From Candidatus Latescibacterota bacterium (GTDB taxonomy: Bacteria > Latescibacterota > UBA2968 > UBA8231): a stretch of 64,000 nucleotides of DNA. This document shows, piece after piece, positions 34,101-42,267 of this stretch. The notes beneath the pieces are model-generated. The model was given only the letters and a program-made list of their open reading frames with translations, was not told where the DNA came from and did not search any database. The stretch is from positions 3,104,001 through 3,168,000 of the forward strand of contig CBDETK010000013.1 of the NCBI GenBank assembly GCA_965242865.1. Reading direction: 5' to 3'. Within the stretch, counting starts at the first letter, position 1; each line of letters starts with the position of its first letter. The translations under genes and the position numbers were made by a program.

Positions 34101-34320
34101 AGTCTATGACTATCGCATCGGCGGCTACCAAGTCTGCGACAAGTGGCTGAAAGATCGCAAAGACCGCCGCCTCACCCTCGACGACATCCGCACTTACTGC
34201 CGGATGGTGACGGCCCTCGGGCTGACGCTCGCAATCCAGCAAGAACTCGACATGGTATATGAAAACGTGGATAATAGTCTAATGTCGGTTGAGGCCGAGC
34301 AATCGCCGAAAGGGGCTTGA
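31135..34320 (+). CDS. Single-chain restriction-modification enzyme (Type IIG/ISP-like, N6-adenine MTase with ISP-type C-terminal specificity domain)
   Basis: N-terminal PD..EAK nuclease-like motif, GVYYTP, LLDPAAGT, GNPPYS, YRPFD, DFPRIP, IGGYQV..KWLKDRK; no helicase motifs seen. Confidence 0.88.
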   Translation: MSKKTIFSTYLKNLAAVARQGDAREESFYPALADMLAETARAAGRTDIHVTTLPRPTEGGNPDFRLWNGTDRIIGYVEAKKPTEERLDLVEDSEQLQRYLSTFPNLILTNFLEFRLYRNGERVQTVSVGRPLVLNALGTTPPLENQAELAALLDRFLDFALPSMFTAESFAVELAKRTRLLRAVIGEQFEQERNAPGMLSGFFEAFQTYLIGSLTTDDFADLFAQTIAYGLFAARTRAGDGFNRRVAFDNIPHTIGVLRDLFRYISLDDLPAPLAWCVDDLAEVLAVADAPGILDSYYREGKGGDPIVHFYETFLAQYDPDERERRGVYYTPEPVVGYIVRSLNGLLKTEFDKRDGLASDGVTLLDPAAGTMTFVARAAQQAVAEFEEKYGRGGREDFIRRHILENFYALELMMAPYAVGHLKMIFFLEELGHRLGDDERVPFYLTNTLDMEELEQSRLPGLSALAEESRLAGAVKKQTPILLILGNPPYSGHSSNTGDWITGLIDDYKQVDGEPLGERNLKWLQDDYVKFLRFAQWKIGQAGRGVVGMITNHSYLDNPTFRGMRRSLMQTFDDIYILDLHGNSLKKETSPDGSLDQNVFDIRQGVTIAFFVKRGDGRESEAVVQHTECYGTRESKYEWLDAHDLGNTKWQQINPASPFYLFVPRDDALEAEYRRFLSIPEVFSVSEVFPVNSVGIVTARDRLTIHWSEQEAWDTVRAFLEMDPELARQGYKLGKDTQEWKVTMAQKDLRDSGPTRENVVPILYRPFDIRRTYYTGRSRGFICRPRSEVMRHMLAGENLALCVGRQGQVVGAGEWNLIYCSQNIGDLNLFYRGGNVNFPLYLYPTADRDDLFAQRESSERQPNLSPKLLAVLTTAHGQAPSPEDIFYYMYAILHAPAYREQYAEFLRIDFPRIPFTKDSALFAELAALGARLVGLHLLTSPELDPPTCRFEGQGEPLVARTKAQGFRYDPPAQRVHISKTHYFGPVPPEVYDYRIGGYQVCDKWLKDRKDRRLTLDDIRTYCRMVTALGLTLAIQQELDMVYENVDNSLMSVEAEQSPKGA

Positions 34321-34395
34321 CGTGAACGGATATTTCTTTTCGTATTTTTTCCATCGATGCAGAAAGGCATCGTCACTTTACTCGGAGGGTTTGCC

Positions 34396-35001
34396 ATGAC
34401 CGCCGTTGCATTGCAATCGAGACAGAATGCCCTGACGCTTCATTTTGGGGCGGCCTTACGCATGAACAGGCATGAGTTTTTTCAATTCTGCCGATCCAAC
34501 CCCGATTTGAGAATGGAACTCACCAGTGAAGGAGATCTGATCATTATGTCGCCAACGGGGAGCAAATCCGGCCATCGAAACTTTACGCTCGCGACCCAAT
34601 TTGGCCTGTGGCTACAATCCGATGAAACGGGTTTGGGCTTTGATTCATCTGCGGGTTTCACCCTTCCAAATGGCGCGGTGCGCGCCCCTGATTTGGCTTG
34701 GGTTCGCAAAGAGCGATGGGACGCGCTCTCGGCAGAAGAACAGGAGGAGTTCGCCCCCATTTGCCCCGATTTTGTCGTCGAATTGCTATCGCGGACCGAT
34801 CGCCTCGAGACCGTACAAAACAAGATGCGGGAATACATCGCCAATGGCGCGCAACTCGGCTGGCTCATCGATCCCAAAGAGCGGAATGTTTATATCTATC
34901 GTCCAGACGAAGCGGTCGTTTGTCTGTCCGATCCCAAAACCATTTCGGGCGATCCCCTATTGCCCAAATTTGAATGTCAGGTGGAAAAACTCTGGCCATA
35001 G
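34396..35001 (+). CDS. Uma2 family (DUF820) endonuclease-fold protein
   Basis: FDSSAGFTLPNGAVRAPDLAWV, PICPDFVVELLS, KMREYI.NG..LGWLIDP. Confidence 0.92.
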   Translation: MTAVALQSRQNALTLHFGAALRMNRHEFFQFCRSNPDLRMELTSEGDLIIMSPTGSKSGHRNFTLATQFGLWLQSDETGLGFDSSAGFTLPNGAVRAPDLAWVRKERWDALSAEEQEEFAPICPDFVVELLSRTDRLETVQNKMREYIANGAQLGWLIDPKERNVYIYRPDEAVVCLSDPKTISGDPLLPKFECQVEKLWP

Positions 35002-35143
35002 ATCACCGCCAGTTAAAATCGCCCAGTCGCCGAAGGGGGCTTGACATGATCGCGCAACAGAAGGCTGAATTTAGTGGCGAGCGTCGGGCGGCTAGATGGG
35101 GCAGGGGGCTAAATTTACTTTTTAAACTAACGGGAGCAGGACA

Positions 35144-36322
35144 ATGGCTAAGAAAGTAATCCTCGAAACGCATGTACTCTACGACATAGGATTGAAGCAG
35201 GTCAGCATTGAGAACGTCCGGTCGCCCGAAGAACGGCTCTTTTACTCGCCCATCTCGGTCCTCAAGTTGGTATCCAAACTCAATGAGAGATCGTTTGCAG
35301 ACCGGAAGGCAGCGGCTAACGCCATCCTCGATCACGGGATAGAGGAACTCCCAGACCCCGAATCGCATTTGACGATGGCATTTGGCTATAAATTGGCAGA
35401 GTCTGTCCCCTCTTTTGTCGATGCTGTTCGCGCCTTGGCGAAAGCCGAGAACCTCGGGGAGGCTCAAAGCGGCGTACCGGATTACGAACTTCGCGTTTGG
35501 CGGAGCTTGAATGTCCCGCCGGTAGCGACATTGCGCGAGGAGGTCGAGCAAAAATGGGTGGATGATCTCATCTCACTGATGAAAGAGAACATCCCCAAGT
35601 TTCAGAAGTGGTATGCCGAGGATGCAAAAAAGCGGTCTTCGTCTGTGCCTAAGTTGCGAAACGAGGAGAAGGAGAAATTTCTCAGCGGGATGAAGTCGGA
35701 AGAGTTGTCTGCCCGAGTTATATCCGCTTGCCAAATGCGTGCCTTCCTCAAGGCGGACAAAGACGATCTGCGTGTATTTTCCAAGCAGAGAGCAAATGAA
35801 CTCGCCGCCGCTATCCCCAAGGTGGCGTGCTTCACCCAGATGTACAAGCACTACTTGCTCCGCCTCATGACAGAGGGGCTATTGCCCGATAAGAACGACA
35901 GTGGAGACATAGATTTTTTTCTTTACTCAACCGATGGTGACCACGTCGTAGTCACCAATGAGAAGAAGTGGATCAACATTGCGGAGGCCGCGGGTTTTGC
36001 CCGGAGGATACGCCGGTACGGTGTCGGACTCCAGGAAGCCGCACCGACTCAAGAACAGAACTGCCTGAAGGAGAAGGCCTCAAGGTATCGCAAAAAGTAC
36101 TTTGAAGATTACCTCGAACCCCGGCCGGGTGTTCGCGGCGGCATGATCTGTTTCAAAGGCACCCGGATAACCGTCTATGATGTATTGAAGTACTTGGAGG
36201 GGGGGATGACGGAGGGTGAGCTTTTAGGCGATTTTCCGACTCTGACACCGCAGCACATCTGCGCCGCCCGGGCCTTTGCCGATGCCCACAACTTTCAGCT
36301 CGCGCCCGGTTCCACGGCGTGA
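35144..36322 (+). CDS. PIN-like domain protein fused to C-terminal DUF433
   Basis: N-terminal VILETHVL...SPISVL and NDSGDIDF...VVTNEKKW PIN-like motifs; C-terminal PGVRGG..CFKGTRITVYDVL.YL.GGMT..ELL.DFP.L is DUF433. Confidence 0.65.
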   Translation: MAKKVILETHVLYDIGLKQVSIENVRSPEERLFYSPISVLKLVSKLNERSFADRKAAANAILDHGIEELPDPESHLTMAFGYKLAESVPSFVDAVRALAKAENLGEAQSGVPDYELRVWRSLNVPPVATLREEVEQKWVDDLISLMKENIPKFQKWYAEDAKKRSSSVPKLRNEEKEKFLSGMKSEELSARVISACQMRAFLKADKDDLRVFSKQRANELAAAIPKVACFTQMYKHYLLRLMTEGLLPDKNDSGDIDFFLYSTDGDHVVVTNEKKWINIAEAAGFARRIRRYGVGLQEAAPTQEQNCLKEKASRYRKKYFEDYLEPRPGVRGGMICFKGTRITVYDVLKYLEGGMTEGELLGDFPTLTPQHICAARAFADAHNFQLAPGSTA

Positions 36323-36660
36323 AACTGCTCCTTGACGAGAACCTTAGCTATCGGCTCGTGGCACGCCTCAAGGAAGCCTTTCCCGGCACCGTGAGTGTCG
36401 CGCAAGTTGGGCTCGATAGCCAGCCTGATATAGCCATTTGGGCTTATGCCGCCGCACAGGGCTTTGCAATTGTGTCTAAGGATGACGACTTTCGTCAACT
36501 CAGTTGCTCAGGCCATCCGCCCAAGGTAATATGGCTCGACGTGGGAAACGCTGGGACCGACCGGATTGCGTCCCTATTGCTGCGGAACAAAAATCGGATC
36601 GTCGCTTTTCTCGGCCAGAACGAAGCCGCCCTTCTCACGCTGGATTTGATTGCAAGATAA
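36319..36660 (+). CDS. DUF5615 family PIN-like toxin
   Basis: MKLLLDENLS, D..IWAYA, IVSKDDDF, PPKVIWL..GN; GTGA overlap with the DUF433 gene. Confidence 0.88.
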   Translation: MKLLLDENLSYRLVARLKEAFPGTVSVAQVGLDSQPDIAIWAYAAAQGFAIVSKDDDFRQLSCSGHPPKVIWLDVGNAGTDRIASLLLRNKNRIVAFLGQNEAALLTLDLIAR

Positions 36661-36708
36661 ACATATTCGACCTATCAGAAGGGTCTGTAAAACGTCTCGC
36701 CGAGCGAT

Positions 36709-37617
36709 ATGAATCCGACCTCCGCCCCCCCGCCAACCCGCTACCGCGACCGCCGAACCGGGGCGATAGTCGAAGAGCGCGTTCCGGGGCAGTCGCTCCT
36801 CGGCTGGCTCTACGGCACGAGCACAGGACAGCTCGTTTTTCGCGCCGTGCTCAACCGGCCCCTTTGCTCGCGCCTCTATGGCTGGTGGCAGCAACGCCCT
36901 TGGACTCGGCGTCAAATCCGCCGCTTTGTCGAGCACTACCGCATTGACCTCGACGAAATCGAACATCCCCTCAGCCACTACTTTAGCTTCAACGACTTTT
37001 TCATTCGCCGCCTCAAGCCCGGAGCAAGGCCCTGCGACCCCGACCCCGAGCGCCTCTGTTGCCCAGCCGATGGCAAGGTGCTCGTCTATCCGCAGCTCGC
37101 AGCCGAGGAGGGGTTGCCGGTCAAAGGCAGCCAACTCGCGGCCCACGCGCTCCTAGCAGCAGCCGTCGATCCCACGCCATATCGCGGCGGCTCCGCCCTC
37201 GTCGTGCGCCTCGCCCCCTACGACTACCACCGCTTCCACTTCCCGGCCGACGGCCAAGCCGGGCCGACGCAGTGGATCGACGGCACTTACCACTCGGTCA
37301 ATCCAATCGCCCTCGCCCGCGTACCCGACGTTTTCCACCGCAACCGGCGCTCCGTCTGCGAGCTGACGACGCCCGCCTTCGGCAGGATTGCCTATGTCGA
37401 GGTCGGGGCCATCAACGTCGCCAGCATCGTCCAGACGCATTCGCTGGGGCCGTGTGAGCGCGGCCAAGAAAAGGGCTTTTTCCAGTTCGGCGGCTCGACC
37501 GTCGTGCTGCTTTTTGAGCCGGGGGCAATTGTCTTTGACAGCGACCTAGTGGCCGACTCCGCGGCCAGCCTAGAGGTCCACGTCCGCACCGGAGCCGGCG
37601 TCGGGCGCCGCGCTTGA
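36709..37617 (+). CDS. psd: Phosphatidylserine decarboxylase proenzyme
   Basis: SFNDFFIRRLK, PADGK, RLAPYDYHRFHFP, F.FGGST self-cleavage motif. Confidence 0.93.
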   Translation: MNPTSAPPPTRYRDRRTGAIVEERVPGQSLLGWLYGTSTGQLVFRAVLNRPLCSRLYGWWQQRPWTRRQIRRFVEHYRIDLDEIEHPLSHYFSFNDFFIRRLKPGARPCDPDPERLCCPADGKVLVYPQLAAEEGLPVKGSQLAAHALLAAAVDPTPYRGGSALVVRLAPYDYHRFHFPADGQAGPTQWIDGTYHSVNPIALARVPDVFHRNRRSVCELTTPAFGRIAYVEVGAINVASIVQTHSLGPCERGQEKGFFQFGGSTVVLLFEPGAIVFDSDLVADSAASLEVHVRTGAGVGRRA

Positions 37618-37678
37618 CCCGCTCCGGTCGCTTAGGCAAATTCCCCGCCCTGCAACCCCTTACCTCTGGAGGCTACTT

Positions 37679-38659
37679 ATGTCCCTGCAAATGCGCGTGG
37701 GTCTGGGCCAGTTCAACGAACTCACCGACGAAAAGCTCGCCTTTATCAAGCAGCTGGGCTGCGACGACTTCCTGATGAATACCCCCAAACTCCCCGGCGA
37801 CAAGCAGTGGGAATACAGCGACTTGGCCGCGCTCAAAAAGCGGGCGGACGACGCTGAGTTGCGTCTAATGGCACTGGAAAACGTCCCCACGTCGTTCTAC
37901 GACAAAATCATGCTCGGTCGAGCCGGGCGCGAAGAACAGCTCCAGCAGATGATCAACACCGTGCGGAACGTGGGCCGGGCTGGCATCCCGATCCTCGGCT
38001 ACCACTGGATTCCCAACAGCGTCTGGCGCACGCCCGAGCCAGCGACCTTGCGCGGCGGCGCCCGCGGCACTCGCTTTGCCCTCGCCGAGCACGACCCCGC
38101 GGAGCAGACTCACGGCCGCGTCTTCACCCACGAGGAGATGTGGGAAAACTACCGCTGGTATTTGGAGCGCATCCTGCCGGTAGCCGAGGAAGCCAACGTG
38201 CGCCTCGCCCTGCACCCGGACGACCCACCCACCGGCACGACCCTCGGCGGCATCGCGCGGATATGCAGTTCCTTCGCCGACTTCAAGCGCAACATGGACG
38301 CCTTTGACAGCCCGCATCACGGCCTCGACTTCTGCATGGGGTGCTGGTCGGAGATGGGCGGGCACGACAACGTCATCCGCGTCATCCGCCACTTCGGCGG
38401 CCAAAAGAAGATCATCTACATCCACTTTCGCGACGTCGTCGGGCCGGTAGAAGACTTCCACGAGACCTTCATCGACTGCGGCCAAGTCGATACCTTTGAA
38501 GTGGTCAAGACGCTCAAGGCCGTTGGTTTTGACGGCTTTATGATCACCGACCACGTGCCCCGCATTGTCGATGACTCGCCTTGGGGGCACCGGGGACGCG
38601 CCCATTGCGTGGGCTTTATGCAGGCCCTGATCCAAGTGGTCAACAAGCTCGGCGCGTGA
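37679..38659 (+). CDS. Mannonate dehydratase family protein (second paralog)
   Basis: YDKIMLG..GREEQ, LPVAEEANVRLALHPDDPP, IHFRDV, DHVP. Confidence 0.82.
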   Translation: MSLQMRVGLGQFNELTDEKLAFIKQLGCDDFLMNTPKLPGDKQWEYSDLAALKKRADDAELRLMALENVPTSFYDKIMLGRAGREEQLQQMINTVRNVGRAGIPILGYHWIPNSVWRTPEPATLRGGARGTRFALAEHDPAEQTHGRVFTHEEMWENYRWYLERILPVAEEANVRLALHPDDPPTGTTLGGIARICSSFADFKRNMDAFDSPHHGLDFCMGCWSEMGGHDNVIRVIRHFGGQKKIIYIHFRDVVGPVEDFHETFIDCGQVDTFEVVKTLKAVGFDGFMITDHVPRIVDDSPWGHRGRAHCVGFMQALIQVVNKLGA

Positions 38660-39582
38660 CCCAAATCGCCCCGGCGCATTCCGCCCCAGTTCGCGGCGAT
38701 CTCCTGCTCCTGCTCACTGCCGCGATCTGGGGCTTTGCCTTCGTCGCCCAACGCGCCGGCATGGAGCACGTCGGTCCCTTCTTCTTCAATGGCGTACGCT
38801 TTGCCCTCGGCTGCTTGCCGCTCGTGCCCTTTGTCCTGCGAACCACCGCTACACCGCTCGCCGCCCGCTTCCGGCGCGCCCTCCCGGGCGGCCTGCTCGC
38901 CGGGCTGTTCCTGTTTGCGGCCGCTTCCCTGCAACAGGTCGGCATCGTCTCCACTACGGCCGGCAAGGCCGGGTTCATCACCGGGCTGTACGTAATTCTG
39001 GTGCCGATTCTCGCCTTGTTGCTGCGGCATCGCAGCCGCCGCCGCACTTGGATCGGCGCGCTGGTGGCGACCGCTGGCCTGTACCTGCTGAGCGTGGACC
39101 CGCCGCTGACCATGGCCCGCGGCGACGCACTCGTGCTCGGGAGCGCGTTCTTTTGGGCCGGGCACGTGCTGGTCATCGGCAACCTTTCGCGTCGGCTCGA
39201 TTGGGCGATGCTGGCCTTTTTGCAATTCCTCGTCTGCTCGCTCCTCAGCGCGGCCCTCGCCCTCGGCACCGAGCCCATCGCCCTGCAACCGCTTGTCGAA
39301 GCGGCCGTACCCCTGTTTTACGGAGGCGTGTTGTCGGTGGGGGTGGCCTATACCCTGCAGGTGGTGGCGCAGCGGCGAGCGGCCCCCGGCCACGCGGCCA
39401 TTATCCTGAGTCTGGAAACGGTTTTCGCCGCGTTGGGGGGGTGGCTTTTGCTGGACGAGGCAATGCCCGTGCGCGGGCTGGTCGGGTGTGGGCTGATGTT
39501 GGCGGGGATGCTGATCTCGCAGGCGGGATTGGGGCGGCGCACCAAAACGCAGACCGCCCCGCCTCCCCGTCGGATACAGTAA
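38656..39582 (+). CDS. DMT/EamA family transporter
   Basis: About ten hydrophobic segments; AAIWGFAFVAQR, AGKAGFITGLYV, SLETVFAA. Confidence 0.9.
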   Translation: MTQIAPAHSAPVRGDLLLLLTAAIWGFAFVAQRAGMEHVGPFFFNGVRFALGCLPLVPFVLRTTATPLAARFRRALPGGLLAGLFLFAAASLQQVGIVSTTAGKAGFITGLYVILVPILALLLRHRSRRRTWIGALVATAGLYLLSVDPPLTMARGDALVLGSAFFWAGHVLVIGNLSRRLDWAMLAFLQFLVCSLLSAALALGTEPIALQPLVEAAVPLFYGGVLSVGVAYTLQVVAQRRAAPGHAAIILSLETVFAALGGWLLLDEAMPVRGLVGCGLMLAGMLISQAGLGRRTKTQTAPPPRRIQ

Positions 39583-39652
39583 GACGGTAGCTTGCTCCGC
39601 CAACGCCCTTCTCCTACCTTCCCAAGCCGCCGCGCCCCGCCTTCACCGAGGA

Positions 39653-40873
39653 ATGAACCCCATGACCGACCGCCCCCAAATCGCCGCCATCAGCACCATT
39701 TTTCATCAGTATTCCCACACTCAGCACATCGTCGATCGCTTCTTGGAAGGCTACGGCTGGAATGGCCGCCATCACCGGCCGGCCATGGACTTGGTCTCGC
39801 TCTACGTCGATCAGGTCAATCCCGACCCACAGGCCGACCGACCCGACCTGAGCCGCGACCGCCAAGCGCGCTTTCCCCAGCTAACCATCTACCCGACCGT
39901 GGCCGACGCCCTGACGCTGGGCGGCTCAACTCTGGCCGTGGATGGCGTCCTGCTCATCGGCGAGCACGGCACCTACGGCCGCAACGAAAAGGGCCAGCAC
40001 CTCTACCCGCGCTACGAGTTGTTCAGCCAGATCGCCGCGGTCTATCGCACGACCGGCAAGAGCGCGCCCGTGTTCAACGACAAGCATCTTTCTTGGAACT
40101 GGGACTGGTGCCAAGCGATGTACGATGTTTCGCAAGAACTCGATTTCGCCTTTATGGCCGGTTCTTCGCTGCCCGTCACTTGGCGCACCCCGTCGCTCGA
40201 CATGCCCCTCGGAGCCGAGGTCGAAGAAGCGGTCTGCGTCTGCTATGGCGGCGTCGATAGCTACGACTTCCACGGCTTGGAGACCGTCCAGTGCATGGTC
40301 GAGCGCAGAAAGGGCGGCGAGACGGGAGTCAAGCGGCTCCGGGCCTACCGCGACGACCGCTTCTGGCAAGCCCACGCCGACGGGGTGTGGTCGCCCGCGC
40401 TCTTTGAAGCCTGCCTGTGCCGCAGCCACACGCTCGCGCCGGCAAGACCGGGGTTCAACAACCCCTTCCCCACCATCGACGAGCTCAAGCACCTCGTCAA
40501 AAGCCCGGTCGCCTACCAGTACGAGCACGCCGATGGGCTCCGCTCGACCATGATTCTGATGAACGGGCTCGTCGAGGACTTCAATTTTGCCGCTCGGCTC
40601 AAGGGGCGGGACGAGCCGCTCTCAACGCAGATGTACTTGCCCATGCCCCCGGCCCGCACCACGCTGGCCAACTTCTTCAGCCCGCTGGTCAACAACATCG
40701 AGCGGATGTTTCTGACCGGCCAAGCCACCTATCCGGTTGAACGCACCCTGCTCACGTCGGGCTTGGTCATCGCCGGCGTCGATAGCCTCCACCAAGGCCA
40801 AGCCGCGGTCGAGACGCCCCATTTAGACATCGCCTACCAAGCTACCAAAGAATCGACCTTCTGGAGGACGTGA
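39653..40873 (+). CDS. Conserved hypothetical protein, Gfo/Idh/MocA-like oxidoreductase fold
   Basis: VDGVLLIGEHG, FNDKHLS, MAGSSLP, YDFHGLE; paralog of the next gene. Confidence 0.6.
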   Translation: MNPMTDRPQIAAISTIFHQYSHTQHIVDRFLEGYGWNGRHHRPAMDLVSLYVDQVNPDPQADRPDLSRDRQARFPQLTIYPTVADALTLGGSTLAVDGVLLIGEHGTYGRNEKGQHLYPRYELFSQIAAVYRTTGKSAPVFNDKHLSWNWDWCQAMYDVSQELDFAFMAGSSLPVTWRTPSLDMPLGAEVEEAVCVCYGGVDSYDFHGLETVQCMVERRKGGETGVKRLRAYRDDRFWQAHADGVWSPALFEACLCRSHTLAPARPGFNNPFPTIDELKHLVKSPVAYQYEHADGLRSTMILMNGLVEDFNFAARLKGRDEPLSTQMYLPMPPARTTLANFFSPLVNNIERMFLTGQATYPVERTLLTSGLVIAGVDSLHQGQAAVETPHLDIAYQATKESTFWRT

Positions 40874-40925
40874 TTTGCTTTAGCGGATCCCACCCCTCGC
40901 CTCTTTCCCCGGAGCCTTCCTTCTC

Positions 40926-42107
40926 ATGGCCACCAAACGCATTGCCGTCATCGCTACGATCTATCGCTATCTCTCGCACGCCCAGCACTTTGCCGACCGC
41001 TTCTTAGTCGGCTATCCCTACGGCGGCCGCTGGCAGCGCCCGGACTGCAAAATCGTCTCGCTCTACGTCGATCAGCAGCCCGAGGGCGACCAAAGCCAAG
41101 ACCGGGCGCGCGAGTTCGGCTTTGCCGTGTATCCCACCATTGCCGAGGCCCTGCGCTGTGGCGGCCACGAGCTCGCATGCGACGCCGTCCTGATCATCGG
41201 CGAGCACGGCGAATACCCGGACAACGAAAAGGGGCAAAAGCTCTACCCGCGCTACGAGTTTTTCAAAGAATGCGTCCAAGTCTTTGAAGAAGACGGCCGC
41301 ACCGCACCCATCTACAACGACAAGCACCTCTCCTACAGCTTCGCCAAGGCGCACGAGATGGTCGCCGACAGCCACCGCCTCGGCTTCCCAATGTTGGCCG
41401 GTTCCTCCCTGCCCGTAACGTGGCGGCTGCCCGATGTCGAGTTGCCTTTGGGCTGCCAAATCGAAGAGGCCCTGATGGTCGGCTGCGGCGGCTCCGACCC
41501 AATGGATTACCACGCGCTAGAGGCCATGCAGTGCATGATCGAGCGCCGTTCCGGCGGCGAGACCGGGGTCCAGTCCGTGCAACTGATCGAAGGAGACGCC
41601 GTGTGGAAAGCGGGCGAAGAGGGACGCTATTCGCTGGAGTTGCTCGAAGCGGCCCTCTCGCGCAGCGACACCCCCGGCGGCAAAACCAACGACGACGGCC
41701 GCACCCAAGACTTGCTGGGCAACGGCGAGTTGCCCCAGCTCGTCAAAGAGCCGGCCGCGTACTTCATTGAGTACAACGACGGCCTCCAGACCACCCTCCT
41801 AATGCTCAACGGCGCCATCCGCGACTACTGTTTCGCCGGCAAGCTGGCTGGCGCAGACGCGCCCATCTCGACCCAGTTTTTCTTGCCGCCGACGCCCAAC
41901 GTCACCTACTCGGCCTGCTTGGTCGCCAAGATCTGGGAAATGATCGAGACCGGCCGCGCGCCCTTTCCCGCCGAGCGCACCCTAATCGTCAGCGGCGCGC
42001 TCGAAAGCTGCCTGACCTCCAAAACGGAGGGCCACAAGCGGCTCGCAACACCTCATCTCAGGGTAGAGTACCAAGCACCCGCCGAGTCGCACCACGGCCG
42101 CTTTTAA
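40926..42107 (+). CDS. Conserved hypothetical protein, Gfo/Idh/MocA-like oxidoreductase fold (tandem paralog)
   Basis: DAVLIIGEHG, YNDKHLS, LAGSSLP, DYHALE shared with 39653-40873. Confidence 0.6.
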   Translation: MATKRIAVIATIYRYLSHAQHFADRFLVGYPYGGRWQRPDCKIVSLYVDQQPEGDQSQDRAREFGFAVYPTIAEALRCGGHELACDAVLIIGEHGEYPDNEKGQKLYPRYEFFKECVQVFEEDGRTAPIYNDKHLSYSFAKAHEMVADSHRLGFPMLAGSSLPVTWRLPDVELPLGCQIEEALMVGCGGSDPMDYHALEAMQCMIERRSGGETGVQSVQLIEGDAVWKAGEEGRYSLELLEAALSRSDTPGGKTNDDGRTQDLLGNGELPQLVKEPAAYFIEYNDGLQTTLLMLNGAIRDYCFAGKLAGADAPISTQFFLPPTPNVTYSACLVAKIWEMIETGRAPFPAERTLIVSGALESCLTSKTEGHKRLATPHLRVEYQAPAESHHGRF

Positions 42108-42120
42108 TGTCCAACGTTCC

Positions 42121-42160
42121 TGCCCCGGGATCGAGGGCGTCCCGCCCTCGATCCCGGGCA
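42121..42160. repeat. REP-like GC-rich hairpin
   Basis: CCCGGGATCGAGGGCG-TCC-CGCCCTCGATCCCGGG perfect 16-bp stem; a second copy is at 7830. Confidence 0.7.
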
Positions 42161-42267
42161 CAACGGCAACACCAGAAAAGGCGGACGCAAAGCAAGGGGC
42201 GCGTACGAGGCGTCATTTGACTGGCGTTGCCCATAACGAGGCCAAGCGAAATAAGGTCAGCCACAGC

